Positions 1 through 11,200 of a stretch of DNA of 56,029 nt are shown here, in pieces. The position numbers were made by a program, and so were the translations under genes. The notes beneath the pieces are model-generated. The model was not told where the DNA came from. It saw only the letters and a program-made list of their open reading frames with translations, and ran no database searches. This DNA is from Candidatus Hydrogenedens sp. (GTDB lineage: Bacteria; Hydrogenedentota; Hydrogenedentia; Hydrogenedentales; Hydrogenedentaceae). The stretch covers positions 1 to 56,029 of the forward strand of contig JBMFRC010000021.1 of assembly GCA_049968235.1 (NCBI GenBank), written 5' to 3'. Every line of letters starts with the position of its first letter. Position 1 is the stretch's first letter.

Positions 1-2560
1 GGGCTAAATAATAGGTCCCTTCCTGATTGCCCGGCACGGTAAAATTCGCTACGCCTCCGGACGGGTCTAAATTCATACCCATGTCTGTCCAACTACCTCC
101 TGCCCCCTGTTTATAATACATGCGATATGTCGCCACTCCACTCAAATTATCCGTCGCTGAACTATAACTAATTGGCACTGGTACCGCATTGGTATACGCA
201 GATACACTCACTACACCCAGCACCGGATTGGTTATATCGTATTTTGTGCTGGTTTTCCCATTTCCCGTAGGAGTATCGCTCCGATTACCGGCACCATCAA
301 TTACCACAACATCAAAGTAGTATGTATCTTCTCCCGATACGCCATTAAATGAAAAACTACCATTTGGTGAGGAAGAAGACCTTAAAGAACTATCTGTCCA
401 TGTGCCACTGGAGCCTTTTTTGTACCACAGTTCGACTGTATTGATTCCACTACTGGTATCCGAGGCTCCAGAATAGTTAATTGTAATTGGCAGTGTATTC
501 ACTGCGGAAGGTGCAGTAACTGTGGTAACGGAAGGTGCTTCAATATACATACCGCCACCGGTATGGGTTCCATTATTAGGTGTTCCAATCAGATTACCTG
601 CTACATCACGGACACCCGATACTGTAATGGTTACATCGCCTCCTTGCTTCATTTCACCGGAGGTCCAGATAAGACGATATGTATTCCCAGAAACATATTG
701 AACACTATTCGGATTTGTCGATAGAGTTCCTTTACCTGTGCCAGAGATACTGTAGTTTGTTGTAGTGGTTACACCCGAACCCATAGCCTCACTAAAAGTT
801 ACTTGTACCCAGCGTGCGGCTACTACTTGAACCGAGGAAACGGTAGGAGGAGTTGTATCTACTACAGTTATGGTAATGTCTTTTGCGTAACTCAGGTTAT
901 CCGGTCTCTGTCCATTATCCGTTGTGAGAATTCGGACAGGATAACTACCCGGTATCATATTTGCATTTACTGTCCTCAATATGTTCCCATCAATATAAAA
1001 GCCTGTTCCGGAAACGAGAGTGTAAGTATGAGTCTGAGCAGGGGATGCACCAGTTAAATTATCGATATCCGTAGTTGAAAGAGTTCCCACAGCATAACCT
1101 GCTGGCAGATTAGAGCCAATGGTAGAATTTGAAATAGAAATATCTGAAGGTGCTTCATTTAAAATAGGATAAAACACGGATTCAGGAATCATCTGCTTGC
1201 TTATCCCAGGACCAGACCAACTTACCTGGCAAACTGCACCACCAGTAAATTCGTCGTATTTCAACTCGAAGTAATATTTTCTTCCTCCAATTAAATTTAT
1301 GGTCCCTGAATATTCCGTAGGTGGTTGAGGTTGCCCCAATCGATTGATTATTCGAGTGCCGTTTACATATAAATCTGCACCGTCATCACTGTAAACATAG
1401 AAGGTGTAATTTCCGGTTGTTGGAATTTCAATTTTCCCAATCCAGCGACCTGCAAAGTTATCTGCGGTAACACCGAATTCCGGACTCCCTGTGCCCCAAT
1501 CGTTCCAGATACTATATTCTAAGCGTTCTGAAGCGAAGTTACTCGGAAGAGAAGTTCCTCCAGGGGGCCAGTTGGTATTGAAGTATTGTGCGATGACAAC
1601 TCCTTTAATAACTGCTATATTAAGTTGTGGAATGATTTGCTTAGTGACACCGGGACCTTCCCAACTGAGTCGTGCTACTGCCCCTCCTCCGTTTTCGTAG
1701 TATTGCATCTCTATGTTATGCCAGCCTGCGTCGAGATATATGACGCCGGAGGAGGCTTCAGTGACTCCCTGGTCTTGCCATTGATTTATTCTTTGAGTTC
1801 CATCAACCCAGAGTCTGGCTCCGTCATCTGTTATTGTATAGAAAGTCCAGTTCCCAGCAGTTGGAATATAAACATTTCCATGCCATATGACTGCAAATGT
1901 GTCAGCCCCCACATGATTATCAATATCCGGGTCTCCGGTTCCCCAGTCAAAGTTCACATTTGGGTCATAGCGATTCATCGACCAGTTCGCAAAAGTAAAT
2001 GGATTGGGAGGAGAACCACCGCTCCAGCGATAATATCTTGCGTGGATTCCTTGAAATTGGGTTACCCCTCTATTAATATCAAAGGCACTGGCAGGGATTA
2101 CTTGTTTTGAAACCCCGGGACCTTCATATAAGAAACGAGCAACAGCATTACCTGTATTCTCAAAGTAGTTCAATGCAAATTTGTTCCAACCTGGATTTAA
2201 ATTAATACTACCTGCCCATTCTATTGCCCCTTGATTACTCCAGTGGTCTATTATTAACTGGTCATTCACATATAACCGAACACCATCATCGGTAATTGTA
2301 TAAAAAGTCCAGGAGCCACTATTAGGAATATAAATCCAACCCCTCCAGCCAATCGAAAAACTATCTGCTCCAAGTCCTCCAATCCCGGGTCCACCCTCGC
2401 CCCAATCAAAATTAATATTAGCATCCAGTCGTTTTGCCCTATAATTGCTGATATTAATATCAGTACCTGTGTAATATTCCCCGAGGACATAAGCATTTGC
2501 ATATTCAGAAAGAAAAGAAAATAAAACAATTACAAGTATGAAGGGATAAAATCTTTTCAT
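1..2560 (-). CDS. secreted multi-PA14-domain adhesin-like protein (N-terminus in window; C-terminus runs off the left edge)
   Basis: Minus-strand ORF absent from the supplied track because it has no stop inside the window. The start is ATG at 2560 behind an RBS-like GGAGAGAAAT. It translates to MKRFYPFILVIVLFSFLSEYANA (signal peptide) followed by at least three tandem PA14-type repeats. A hand-translated stretch of 1560-1801 reads ...GTQRINQWQDQGVTEASSGVIYLDAGWHNIEMQYYENGGGAVARLSWEGPGVTKQIIPQ... Other repeats contain WTFYTITDDGVRLYVNDQ and YTFYVYSDDGADLYVNG, then Thr/Ser/Gly-rich Ig- or cadherin-like beta repeats. The frame was checked as still open at positions 1-58. Confidence 0.7.
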   Translation of the reverse strand, partial: MKRFYPFILVIVLFSFLSEYANAYVLGEYYTGTDINISNYRAKRLDANINFDWGEGGPGIGGLGADSFSIGWRGWIYIPNSGSWTFYTITDDGVRLYVNDQLIIDHWSNQGAIEWAGSINLNPGWNKFALNYFENTGNAVARFLYEGPGVSKQVIPASAFDINRGVTQFQGIHARYYRWSGGSPPNPFTFANWSMNRYDPNVNFDWGTGDPDIDNHVGADTFAVIWHGNVYIPTAGNWTFYTITDDGARLWVDGTQRINQWQDQGVTEASSGVIYLDAGWHNIEMQYYENGGGAVARLSWEGPGVTKQIIPQLNIAVIKGVVIAQYFNTNWPPGGTSLPSNFASERLEYSIWNDWGTGSPEFGVTADNFAGRWIGKIEIPTTGNYTFYVYSDDGADLYVNGTRIINRLGQPQPPTEYSGTINLIGGRKYYFELKYDEFTGGAVCQVSWSGPGISKQMIPESVFYPILNEAPSDISISNSTIGSNLPAGYAVGTLSTTDIDNLTGASPAQTHTYTLVSGTGFYIDGNILRTVNANMIPGSYPVRILTTDNGQRPDNLSYAKDITITVVDTTPPTVSSVQVVAARWVQVTFSEAMGSGVTTTTNYSISGTGKGTLSTNPNSVQYVSGNTYRLIWTSGEMKQGGDVTITVSGVRDVAGNLIGTPNNGTHTGGGMYIEAPSVTTVTAPSAVNTLPITINYSGASDTSSGINTVELWYKKGSSGTWTDSSLRSSSSPNGSFSFNGVSGEDTYYFDVVVIDGAGNRSDTPTGNGKTSTKYDITNPVLGVVSVSAYTNAVPVPISYSSATDNLSGVATYRMYYKQGAGGSWTDMGMNLDPSGGVANFTVPGNQEGTYYLA

Positions 2561-2700
2561 ATTTCTCTCCTTACATAATTTCCACAATGGTAGTATAATT
2601 GCTTTTATTGGTAGCTGATTTATATCTATATTATATATTTTCACATTTTAAGTGTCAAGTTTTAATTTAATCCAAAAACAATTTCATTCAAAAACCTTTA

Positions 2701-4161
2701 TTATTTACCTTTAAAATATCCATTTTTTTCAATCCATCTGGCAAGATGAGAACCTATAATGTCAGTTTTAACATCCAGTCCGAGGGGTGTCATGTGGCAA
2801 ACATCAAAGAAATGGTCGGTGCCTGCATTAAACTCTTCAGCCACAGGGATGTATAAGATTTTTTCCTGTTCACAGAATTTTTGTAATTCTTTGTTGTATA
2901 AATTGATTATTTTCAGGTATGTATCAAAGGTTACTATTATGTCTTCTAAAGGTACCCATACATTACGAAGATTAAAGTCATAATACAGTTTTGCAATTAT
3001 CTCATACCATTTTATTTTAGGATAGGCGAAACTGCAAATAGCCATTTGAACTCCTTCTTTTTTACAGGCACAATTCATCGCTCCTAAATTTCTAAAGATT
3101 GTTTTTTGCAAATAATCCGCTATGTAATCATCTGATGGTAGCAGTTTCCGATTGAAAATCTGATTCAGGAAAGCAGAGTGGGTAAGTATCCTTTTATATA
3201 TGTTCGGCAAGTTCAGCCAATAAGGGATATCATGGTAACAGATGTCGTTAAAGGCATTGTAATAGACTAATAAATCAGGTTGAAATTGAAGGAATTCATT
3301 AATCCTGCGGACTTCACCAAAGGAACGGATACCACATATCCCTGCATTGATAACATCAATATTATTGGAATGAAAATATTTGTTCAATTTTCTCTCCATA
3401 ATATTGGGATAAGTCATATCATTGGAATTCCCTTCTTCCGTCGTTGAACCTCCGATACAAACAATACGGAATACTCCTTCAGGCTTGGGCATAGTAATGT
3501 CATCATCACGAAAGCCAAAATTATTATACTGGGTAATACTGTCTGTTTTTTTCCAGTTAGGTTTATAGGAGAAGAAGGGGACAAGACAGGGACTGTCTTC
3601 AGCAATAGGTGTGTTCGGAGGTCTTAATGATAATGGGTAGTTATCTCTAATTTCCTTTGCTAATAAAATGCTTCCTTCGGGTTGTGGCAAAATTTCTACA
3701 TGATAATAATAAGTGTAGTAATATTCATATTTTAACTGCCTGGAAAACGGTAAATGTAATGGATTCTTTATTGCTTCCAGAACAGAATTCCATGAAGGTT
3801 CATAATAGCCTGATGGGATACCTTGAATAAGGTTATATATATACCTCTCTATAACAGGGTCGCCATGGGATTCTATAATGTCTCCCTTCTTATCAAATTT
3901 CATTTCGGCAATACCCTGCAAGGTAAGTTCATGGTCTTTTTTGCAGATATAATTTTGGGGAAGGATTGATGGGGTTTTCTCTCGTTTCGGGATATTAACA
4001 TTTGGTTCTGAAGGTGTGGACAAATCATTAGATAGGTTAGATTTTAATTCATCTGATAATTTTATCATCCTGTAAACTTTGAGAGTTTGTTTCTCAAATA
4101 GGGGTTTATAAAGGTAATTAGCAGTCCTTAGCAGAACTCGTGTCCCTAACTCTATGGACAA
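2701..4161 (-). CDS. SGNH/GDSL-family hydrolase (esterase or O-acyl/acetyl-transferase-like)
   Basis: 486-aa ORF. Contains block I-like IVCIGGSTTEEGNS and a C-terminal DHFFDVCHMTPLG, which looks like the Asp-x-x-His catalytic dyad of SGNH hydrolases. It starts on a TTG; no in-frame ATG lies between the upstream stop and that TTG. It sits 80 bp downstream of the membrane-TPR gene on the same strand. Confidence 0.55.
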   Translation of the reverse strand: MSIELGTRVLLRTANYLYKPLFEKQTLKVYRMIKLSDELKSNLSNDLSTPSEPNVNIPKREKTPSILPQNYICKKDHELTLQGIAEMKFDKKGDIIESHGDPVIERYIYNLIQGIPSGYYEPSWNSVLEAIKNPLHLPFSRQLKYEYYYTYYYHVEILPQPEGSILLAKEIRDNYPLSLRPPNTPIAEDSPCLVPFFSYKPNWKKTDSITQYNNFGFRDDDITMPKPEGVFRIVCIGGSTTEEGNSNDMTYPNIMERKLNKYFHSNNIDVINAGICGIRSFGEVRRINEFLQFQPDLLVYYNAFNDICYHDIPYWLNLPNIYKRILTHSAFLNQIFNRKLLPSDDYIADYLQKTIFRNLGAMNCACKKEGVQMAICSFAYPKIKWYEIIAKLYYDFNLRNVWVPLEDIIVTFDTYLKIINLYNKELQKFCEQEKILYIPVAEEFNAGTDHFFDVCHMTPLGLDVKTDIIGSHLARWIEKNGYFKGK

Positions 4162-4240
4162 ACAAAGAACTATCGTCCATATTAATAGAGAAATGATATA
4201 TAGAATACTTTAAAAATTGATTTCATAGACAATATATGAA

Positions 4241-7200
4241 TCATTCATATTCTTTCAGTAATTGCTGTAGTAAGATGTTATCCGGATATAATCGGATTGC
4301 CTTTTTGAGTAAGGAAATAGCCTCATTTCTATTTCCTGATAAGTATTCTAATTTGGCAAGGCGATAATATACCAACTGTGTGCATTCTTCCGATTTACGA
4401 GCATACCTGATAGCCTTTTTATATGTTTTTTCCGCTTCTTCTTTTTGTCGAGACAATTCATAAGCACGACCCAATCCACATAGGATACAGGGAGAATCTG
4501 GTGTTTTATCTCTCAGGTCAGACCATAAATCTATCCATTCCTTTTCGGAAAAATAATGGATATTGTCGTGTATATCTTCTATTTGGATTATTGGCTCGAG
4601 TTTATAAGGGATTATTGAAATTAAACTTGTAGAATAATAGAACATACCTTCGATATCTGTGCTATGTGATTTGAGCAGTGAGTTTACAATGGGAGGATAA
4701 ACAAGATGTAAATCAGGAGTGATTTTCAACAGGAACTTGAGTATATCTAAAGACTTCTGGTAGTCTTGATTATCCGCCGTATAAATACCTGCGGTAAGCA
4801 TATATGATATTTGTCTATGCAAAGGAAGAATTGGGCAGAGTGACTTATCAGATTCCTGTTCGTTTTTCATAGCCAGTGAAAATAGTTCTTTCAAGTTATA
4901 ATGTATGCTTGTGTAGGGGGTTGAAAGCGTAATATCTCTATTTAAGGAAATGGATTTAGAAAGTGCTTCTTTTGCAGTGCTAACATCTCCTACATTTTTT
5001 GAATAAAAAAGCCACGCCACAGAGGAATTCGGAAGTTTTGATATAATATCTTTCCAATAACTTTGTTTCTCTTCTTTTGAAAGAGTAGTCTGGGATAATA
5101 AGTTATTTAATTTAATAAACGGGATTGGGTCATGTGGTTTATTGGACATCAGTTGGAAATATACTTCCTTTGCTTGTTCAACTTGTCCCGTTTTTTCATA
5201 GATATTTGCTAATGCAAGTCCATATTCGAGAGAGTAAGGTTCTTCTTCCATAGATTTTTGTAGAATCTCATACGCTTTTGTTAGGTCTCCATTATAAAAA
5301 GCATTATTGGCATTATTGATACTCGTCCGTTTTGTAGATATTCCATACGGTTTCCAGCAGGGATTAATCATTTCTTTTGAGTACGTGGCTATTTTTTGAT
5401 ACAAATTAGGTAGTTCATCCTGCACGAGGTAATAATTTATGAATAAAGGGATATGTTCGGGATTGCATATTTTATATATTTTTTGAACTTGCAGATTATT
5501 CGTATCTTCAATTCGTATCCCTATAAAACGGTTCCAGTCAGATTTCAAATCCCTTAGGTGTTCGTAAACAGGGATAAAGTATCGAACATACATGGATTTG
5601 GTATCGGATGGTGTGTGGCGAGTTATTGTTAAATTGCAAGAAAAATCATCTAATCCATCGTATAAAACTTCGAAGCATGCAGGAAATTTGTTAACTAAAA
5701 AATCTACAACGACTATGTTCACTTCAAAAGAAGGAACTGCCATAAAACGGTCATCAAAACAGAGAGATAGAGGTTTTTCAAGAGAATAAACGGTTCCTGT
5801 TTGGGTCGTATAAGTGTTATAAGATATGGGAATTTGTTCTGCTGTTTCGTAGGAGCGAAATACTTGCGTAAGTTGATAACTCTGAATTTGTCGAGCAACA
5901 ATTAAAATACCGAGTGTAAAAAAAATCACGGTAAAAGCAATAATACAAAACCTTTTTATGATTTTCTTTATTTCATGTATATTCTCATCTAATTTTTCTT
6001 TGCCACCTTTCCATAAGTGATATAATCCGGATAAAAAGCCTTTCAAAGCTAAAAAATATAGCAGATACGGGACAAACGCAAGGTAAAAATTATGGCGAAA
6101 ATTGAATTGAAGCATCTGGATGCCCATAGCAAAAAGTAAAATCGTTGAGAAACAAATCCCTTTATGTAAGTCTATTGCCATGAAGATAACAAGAACAGCA
6201 ACTGAGAGTAATGTTCGATAGGTATTGATGGGTAAGGCACTGGTCAATATACGGTCTGAAATGCGTGCTATTGAGGAATAGGTTCGTATTATTATATCCG
6301 CAGGGAAATAGTAAAGATAGGTGAGAAATAAATTCCGTTTTTCCAGTTCTGGATTTTTTTTGATAAACAATTCGTAATCATTGAGAGATTCATGGTAATA
6401 ACTATGAACATCAGCAGTTGCAGAAACGAGCAGGTCATTATATTTAGGTATTCGTTCATAGTTTGTGCGTTGAAGTCCAGCAAGGTCATCATGTTCAGTT
6501 CCAAAGCCCATCAAGATATCATGCCAGCCTAATGTGCCAAATTTATGAAATGAATGCAAAATGGGATACGATGAAACTATGAATATCAGTATAGTGATGA
6601 TAATACCTGCTATACGGATAGGTATTTTGGGGACATTGCCTACCTTCGGGATTATTAATAGGATAAATAAAGATAAAGAGAAAAACATCATTAAATCACG
6701 ACGAAAACCTATCCCTATCCCACAGATTAGCCCTAATAATAAACAGGATACAAGGAACCGTTTGTTAGACCTTTTCCCCTGAATCAAATAGAAAAGAATG
6801 AGAATAACAGTCAGTATGAATGGAGCCCGCACAAAGTCACGAAGGATAGGGAGAATAATTAAAGTTATGTCTGATTTAACAAAATAATAACCAATAAAAA
6901 TGGCAAAATAGGAAGGAAGAAATGTCCTTGCTATGCCATAGACAATCAATACGGTCAACGCATATAAAAATACAAGGAACCAGCGCAGGATTTCCCATGA
7001 AACACCAAAAATTCGCCAGACCAGACCTACTGTGTATATTAAATAGCGGTGATACTGTTGATAAATATCTAATTCCTGTGCTTGAAATTGGGCTGGGATA
7101 TACTCTGGCGAAAATGTTTGCTCGTTGAAATCCAGAAATGAGCGAAGATGCGGGATATAAGATGGATTTGTATTTACAAAACCTTTTCCACAGGCAAAGA

Positions 7201-7363
7201 GGATAGACGGGATATATAAATCAGTGGATATACTCCCTCCGGGTCCGTGCCAACTACGCAAAAACTCCTCTGATTGTTTAGCGGGAAAAATAATTAAAAA
7301 TAGTATGAATATAATTTCAAGTAAATATTTATAATATTTTTTCAATATACGAAACAACAACAT
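4241..7363 (-). CDS. polytopic membrane protein with C-terminal TPR repeats (GT-C / PMT-like glycosyltransferase architecture, function unproven)
   Basis: 1040-aa ORF. About 12 hydrophobic helices lie in the first ~520 aa, for example LVFLYALTVLIVYGIA and ITLIILPILRDFVRAPFILTVILILFYLI. The C-terminal ~400 aa hold TPR-like repeats such as ...AYELSRQKEEAEKTYKKAIRYARKSEECTQLVYYRLAKLEYLSGNRNEAISLLKKAIRLYPDN. A membrane domain plus TPR resembles GT39/GT83-type proteins, but no diagnostic DE motif was verified. Confidence 0.5.
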   Translation of the reverse strand: MLLFRILKKYYKYLLEIIFILFLIIFPAKQSEEFLRSWHGPGGSISTDLYIPSILFACGKGFVNTNPSYIPHLRSFLDFNEQTFSPEYIPAQFQAQELDIYQQYHRYLIYTVGLVWRIFGVSWEILRWFLVFLYALTVLIVYGIARTFLPSYFAIFIGYYFVKSDITLIILPILRDFVRAPFILTVILILFYLIQGKRSNKRFLVSCLLLGLICGIGIGFRRDLMMFFSLSLFILLIIPKVGNVPKIPIRIAGIIITILIFIVSSYPILHSFHKFGTLGWHDILMGFGTEHDDLAGLQRTNYERIPKYNDLLVSATADVHSYYHESLNDYELFIKKNPELEKRNLFLTYLYYFPADIIIRTYSSIARISDRILTSALPINTYRTLLSVAVLVIFMAIDLHKGICFSTILLFAMGIQMLQFNFRHNFYLAFVPYLLYFLALKGFLSGLYHLWKGGKEKLDENIHEIKKIIKRFCIIAFTVIFFTLGILIVARQIQSYQLTQVFRSYETAEQIPISYNTYTTQTGTVYSLEKPLSLCFDDRFMAVPSFEVNIVVVDFLVNKFPACFEVLYDGLDDFSCNLTITRHTPSDTKSMYVRYFIPVYEHLRDLKSDWNRFIGIRIEDTNNLQVQKIYKICNPEHIPLFINYYLVQDELPNLYQKIATYSKEMINPCWKPYGISTKRTSINNANNAFYNGDLTKAYEILQKSMEEEPYSLEYGLALANIYEKTGQVEQAKEVYFQLMSNKPHDPIPFIKLNNLLSQTTLSKEEKQSYWKDIISKLPNSSVAWLFYSKNVGDVSTAKEALSKSISLNRDITLSTPYTSIHYNLKELFSLAMKNEQESDKSLCPILPLHRQISYMLTAGIYTADNQDYQKSLDILKFLLKITPDLHLVYPPIVNSLLKSHSTDIEGMFYYSTSLISIIPYKLEPIIQIEDIHDNIHYFSEKEWIDLWSDLRDKTPDSPCILCGLGRAYELSRQKEEAEKTYKKAIRYARKSEECTQLVYYRLAKLEYLSGNRNEAISLLKKAIRLYPDNILLQQLLKEYE

Positions 7364-7522
7364 TATTTTAACATAAAACCTTAGTTATCAGGTGGAAGTA
7401 TTATATACTTTTTTTGTGATTTCATATAACTCAAATTATTCTTCAAGAAATAAACGATAGGATAGTCTTACCGTAAGTTAAAACCTTTTAAAAAAAAACA
7501 AGCAGACATATATATTAGAAAC

Positions 7523-8175
7523 CTATGAATAAATCATACATGTAAGGTATAGAGGGGGTGTAAATTGATAGAATAAACGAGGGCTTATAAGGGGAAGGAT
7601 TTTTACTATACTTTGACCTATCGTCTCCGCCGGGCTTTTGTTATTTAACGCTCGTTGCTTATGAATATAATTATAGCAATAAATATACGGGTTCAATTTG
7701 TCCATCAATTTTCTATAATCTGTGAAGTAATGTTGTTTTAATAATTCTGTTCTTCTACCATTGAAGTATTGCACTAAGCCATTCGTTTTGAGTGTATAGA
7801 TGCTGTCAGTGTTCTATAACGAGTTCCTGATAGCGATGGTCGAAGATATGTTTACTGGATGGTTGTTTTTCTGCCCCGGCAGAAGCGGTCAGTAAATTCC
7901 TTTCCGTTTTCAGGCAAGACGGTGTAAATTGGATACGGGCAGACTGCCCTCACCTCATCTAAAAACGCTTTAGCACTCTTTGCACTATGGTCATACTTCA
8001 GATAGAACATTGTTTGTAGTTTATGGGGTCGTGATGATTTATCTCTCAAGTCTTCTCGCTTCTTCCATTTCCATATCGTCCTTGTGCTCAGATGCAACCG
8101 TTTTGTAAATGCTGTCATAGGTTTTTTCAATTCATTAATCATCTTTCGCATTTGTAGGGTAGTTCTTGCATACAT
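7523..8175 (-). mobile_element. degraded IS481-family-like (rve integrase) transposase remnant, fragmented into two ORFs (7852-8175 and 7523-7774)
   Basis: ORF 7852-8175 has an HTH-like N-terminus (...LSTRTIWKWKKREDLRDKSSRPHKL, compare IS481 ISRQTFYKWxxRY...DRSRRPH). It then jumps directly into the end of an rve core (...FLDEVRAVCPYPIYTVLPENGKEFTDRF). ORF 7523-7774 carries the transposase C-terminus (...YNYIHKQRALNNKSPAE, compare YNxxRPHsALggktP). The DDE core is mostly deleted and the reading frame is broken, so this is a pseudogenised IS copy. Confidence 0.55.
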
Positions 8176-8298
8176 TTAATACTAAATTGTAGGCATATCT
8201 TTACCCTTCTTACTTTTCTAATATTATCTGTTTTACCCTATTTTTTATCCCTTATTGGAACATATTTTACATACTATTGATATTGAACAAATAATGCT

Positions 8299-11200
8299 TT
8301 ATTTAATTTTTAGTGTTAGTAATTCACGGGGAGAGAGGGAACAGGATGTAAATGGTTCGGATTGGACCTGAAGGGACAATGTGGATGAGATTTTAACGGG
8401 TTTGGTAGTTGATGAGTTTTTGACTTGCACGGTAACGGATTCGGATGTCGGGTTGAATAATCGGACAATGTATGCCTTTTCATCCGGATTGTATTTGACA
8501 TGGTATATTACCCAATTGGGGGTTATCTGTATGGGAGGGGTCGGTAGTTTTGGTGTTTTATTTGTAGGAATTACCAGCAAATCAGAGATTATATGCTTTG
8601 CAAATGTATCCGGATTGGAGAAATCGTTCTTTTTATAGGGTTTTATGTAATATCGGAAAGTATGCCATCCGTCCTGAGAGGCTTTATAGTTTGTTTCCCA
8701 GTAGTTGTTCATCACATAAGAAAAGATGATTGGTTCAAGTATCAAACCTTTTTTCCAGCCAACGGTTATGGGGTCAACTGTAATTTTGCCTATCTCTATC
8801 ATAGGCGTATCCGGAGTGAAGAGGGTAATTCCTTTCTCGTCATTCTGGATGTCCACCCAGTCCTGGACGGTCAAATAATTTTTGCAAGAACCGGGCAACT
8901 GTTCTTCCGGTAAACGAATCGAAGCAAAAGGTGTTTGATAGCAATATTTAGGGTTATTAATATTAAATGTAAATGCATAATGAACTGCTTCCGGAGTGCG
9001 AATATCTTCTTTATCAATGGAGTTAATTATTTCAACAAACTTTGAACCTGCATATAAAATATATTCACAATGAATTTCTTTTGCACCCGGAACAGATGGA
9101 CTATGTACCACAATGCTTCCCATAACGGGACCTTTCTCTTTTACTTCTATCTGGATATTTTCGGCTTGTTTTGTGTTTTCAGGGTTTCTGCCTTCTGTAT
9201 AAAGATATTGATTTGTTTTATAGTGATTATCATCTTTTATAAATTCGTTTCCATCGGGTTGCATTTTTAATGATTTAATGGTGCCTGTTTTGGGGTCAAT
9301 AAGCAGTTCAATGTGTCCGTTCTGGATCATATTATCGCTGACAAGCACAGGATTTTCAGGAGGTGCCGGGTCTTCTTCTGTAATAGTAAAAACCGCATGT
9401 CCCCATGCAGGGATTTCATTGGCGATGAATACAAGGTCGTTGGATTGTAAGGTTTGTGAAGGGATAGGCACTCCCTCTTTTAATACACGATTGCCTTTTC
9501 GTCCCCATGATGCAGGGATAGTTATAACTTGTGTCAGGTTAATAGGCGTCGGATTGATAACTACAATTTGTGATACTTTCTGATAGTCGGGTTGAAAATT
9601 ATTGATAAAGAGGTTGAGCAGGTCTTTCTGAATCTTTTCTGCATTATCTGCAAAGGATTTTTTTATAGCCCATTGTTCTTTTACGAATGGACTATCCGGT
9701 TCCGAAATGCTGTTATGTGCTCCCCATGTATGTTCATCATACAGTATTGCATTTTCCCATGCTGATTGGAACTTATCCGCGGGATATTTATCAGGGAAAA
9801 ATAACGCCCATACTGTTTCCACTTTCATAAGATTCCGCACTGTATTTCTATTTAGTGCTGTTTCCCGTGCGGAGGATGCAGAACCATCTTCCCAGTAGGG
9901 AGTAATTTCCCCAGCATAAGCAGGAAGTTCCTGTCCATATTTCTCCTCAAAAGTTTTTAGTGCTTTCCGTGCTGTTGTAATTGCCAGTTTCGGGGTTTTA
10001 TGTTGTTCATTCCATTGTTTTACAAAATCCGGTAGTTTATCATCCGGTGGACCATTGTCACTGGCAATGCTATACCGTACAATCGTTATGTCATAGGGGA
10101 AATTCCGTTCCCCCAATTCTGCAAGGTAATTGCGAATTTGTTCTGGCATAGCATTGGTTCCGCCGAAGAACCAACTATATCCCGCAAAACCAATCCATGT
10201 AAGGACTTTATGCTTCCCACAGGGAGAAATCCAGTAGAAAGGCTTGTCTCCCCAAACTTCGAGAATATTTCCTATCCGCCAGGATAGGTTGGGACCGATA
10301 GAGAAATATTTTACACCCGCTTGAGCCAGAACCGGAATTAATCCCCATGTGTATCCCGGAACATCTGTTATAAGAGCGGAATCAATCGTTGTCCCCAATT
10401 CTTTTGATAAATAATGGGCTTCATCGAGAAGATGTGTAAGTTCTTCTCCATTACAAAGACCGGTGAGTTGATTTGAAAAAAGAGCCGGTAGTTCAAAGTA
10501 TCCTTCATGAACCGCTTTTTTAAATCGCTCTTTTGTGGCTTTATCTGCGAGTTGCCAAAAACTTTTTACTGCCCATAATACCTCTGCTGACCAATGAAAC
10601 TGTGCTTCCGGAGGATAGTCCTTTGTCTTCTCAATAAGGTCTAATGCTTTAGCAATATTCTCCTGTTGTATTTTTAATACATCCGTTTGTATATGAGTAT
10701 AACCAATGTCATTGTGAGAATGAGGGACAAGGTATAAAATTGTGGGTTTTGCAGGAGGGATAACAAAGTCACGGGTCGCAACCGTTTTGTCTTCTTTTTT
10801 AATTTCAATGGATGAAAAAGTATCCTTATCCACCTCTTTTATTTTGTAATATAGGGTATTCCAGCCAGGTTGAAGGCTTATATCAATAGGGTCGTTATTT
10901 GTTATCGACATTTTGCCCTCAAAAGATTGTCCATAACAACGAACAGGGACTTTTATCTCTCGCATTTCCTTATCCTCTACAGATTTAACAAGAGGAATGG
11001 GTATAGGTTTACCAATTCGCAATACAGTCTTTTGGGGTTCCGCTAACTCAAATTTATTCGGAGTAAATAACTGAACTGCATCATAAATGAACCAACTTCC
11101 ACCTGATACCGTAAACTGAATGACATTTTCTCCCAATCGTAATAATGAGGATGGAAATGGAATTTCTATTCTTCTCGCAGAAGGAACAGAACCATCAAAG

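Noticed and set aside
803-2529. Track ORFs 803-1057, 1491-1700, 1586-2110 (+) and 2266-2529 (-) inside the first 2.5 kb
   Set aside because: All overlap, in other frames, the long minus-strand PA14-repeat ORF ending at ATG 2560. That ORF has a clear signal peptide and repeated PA14 motifs. The listed ORFs have no motifs and odd composition.
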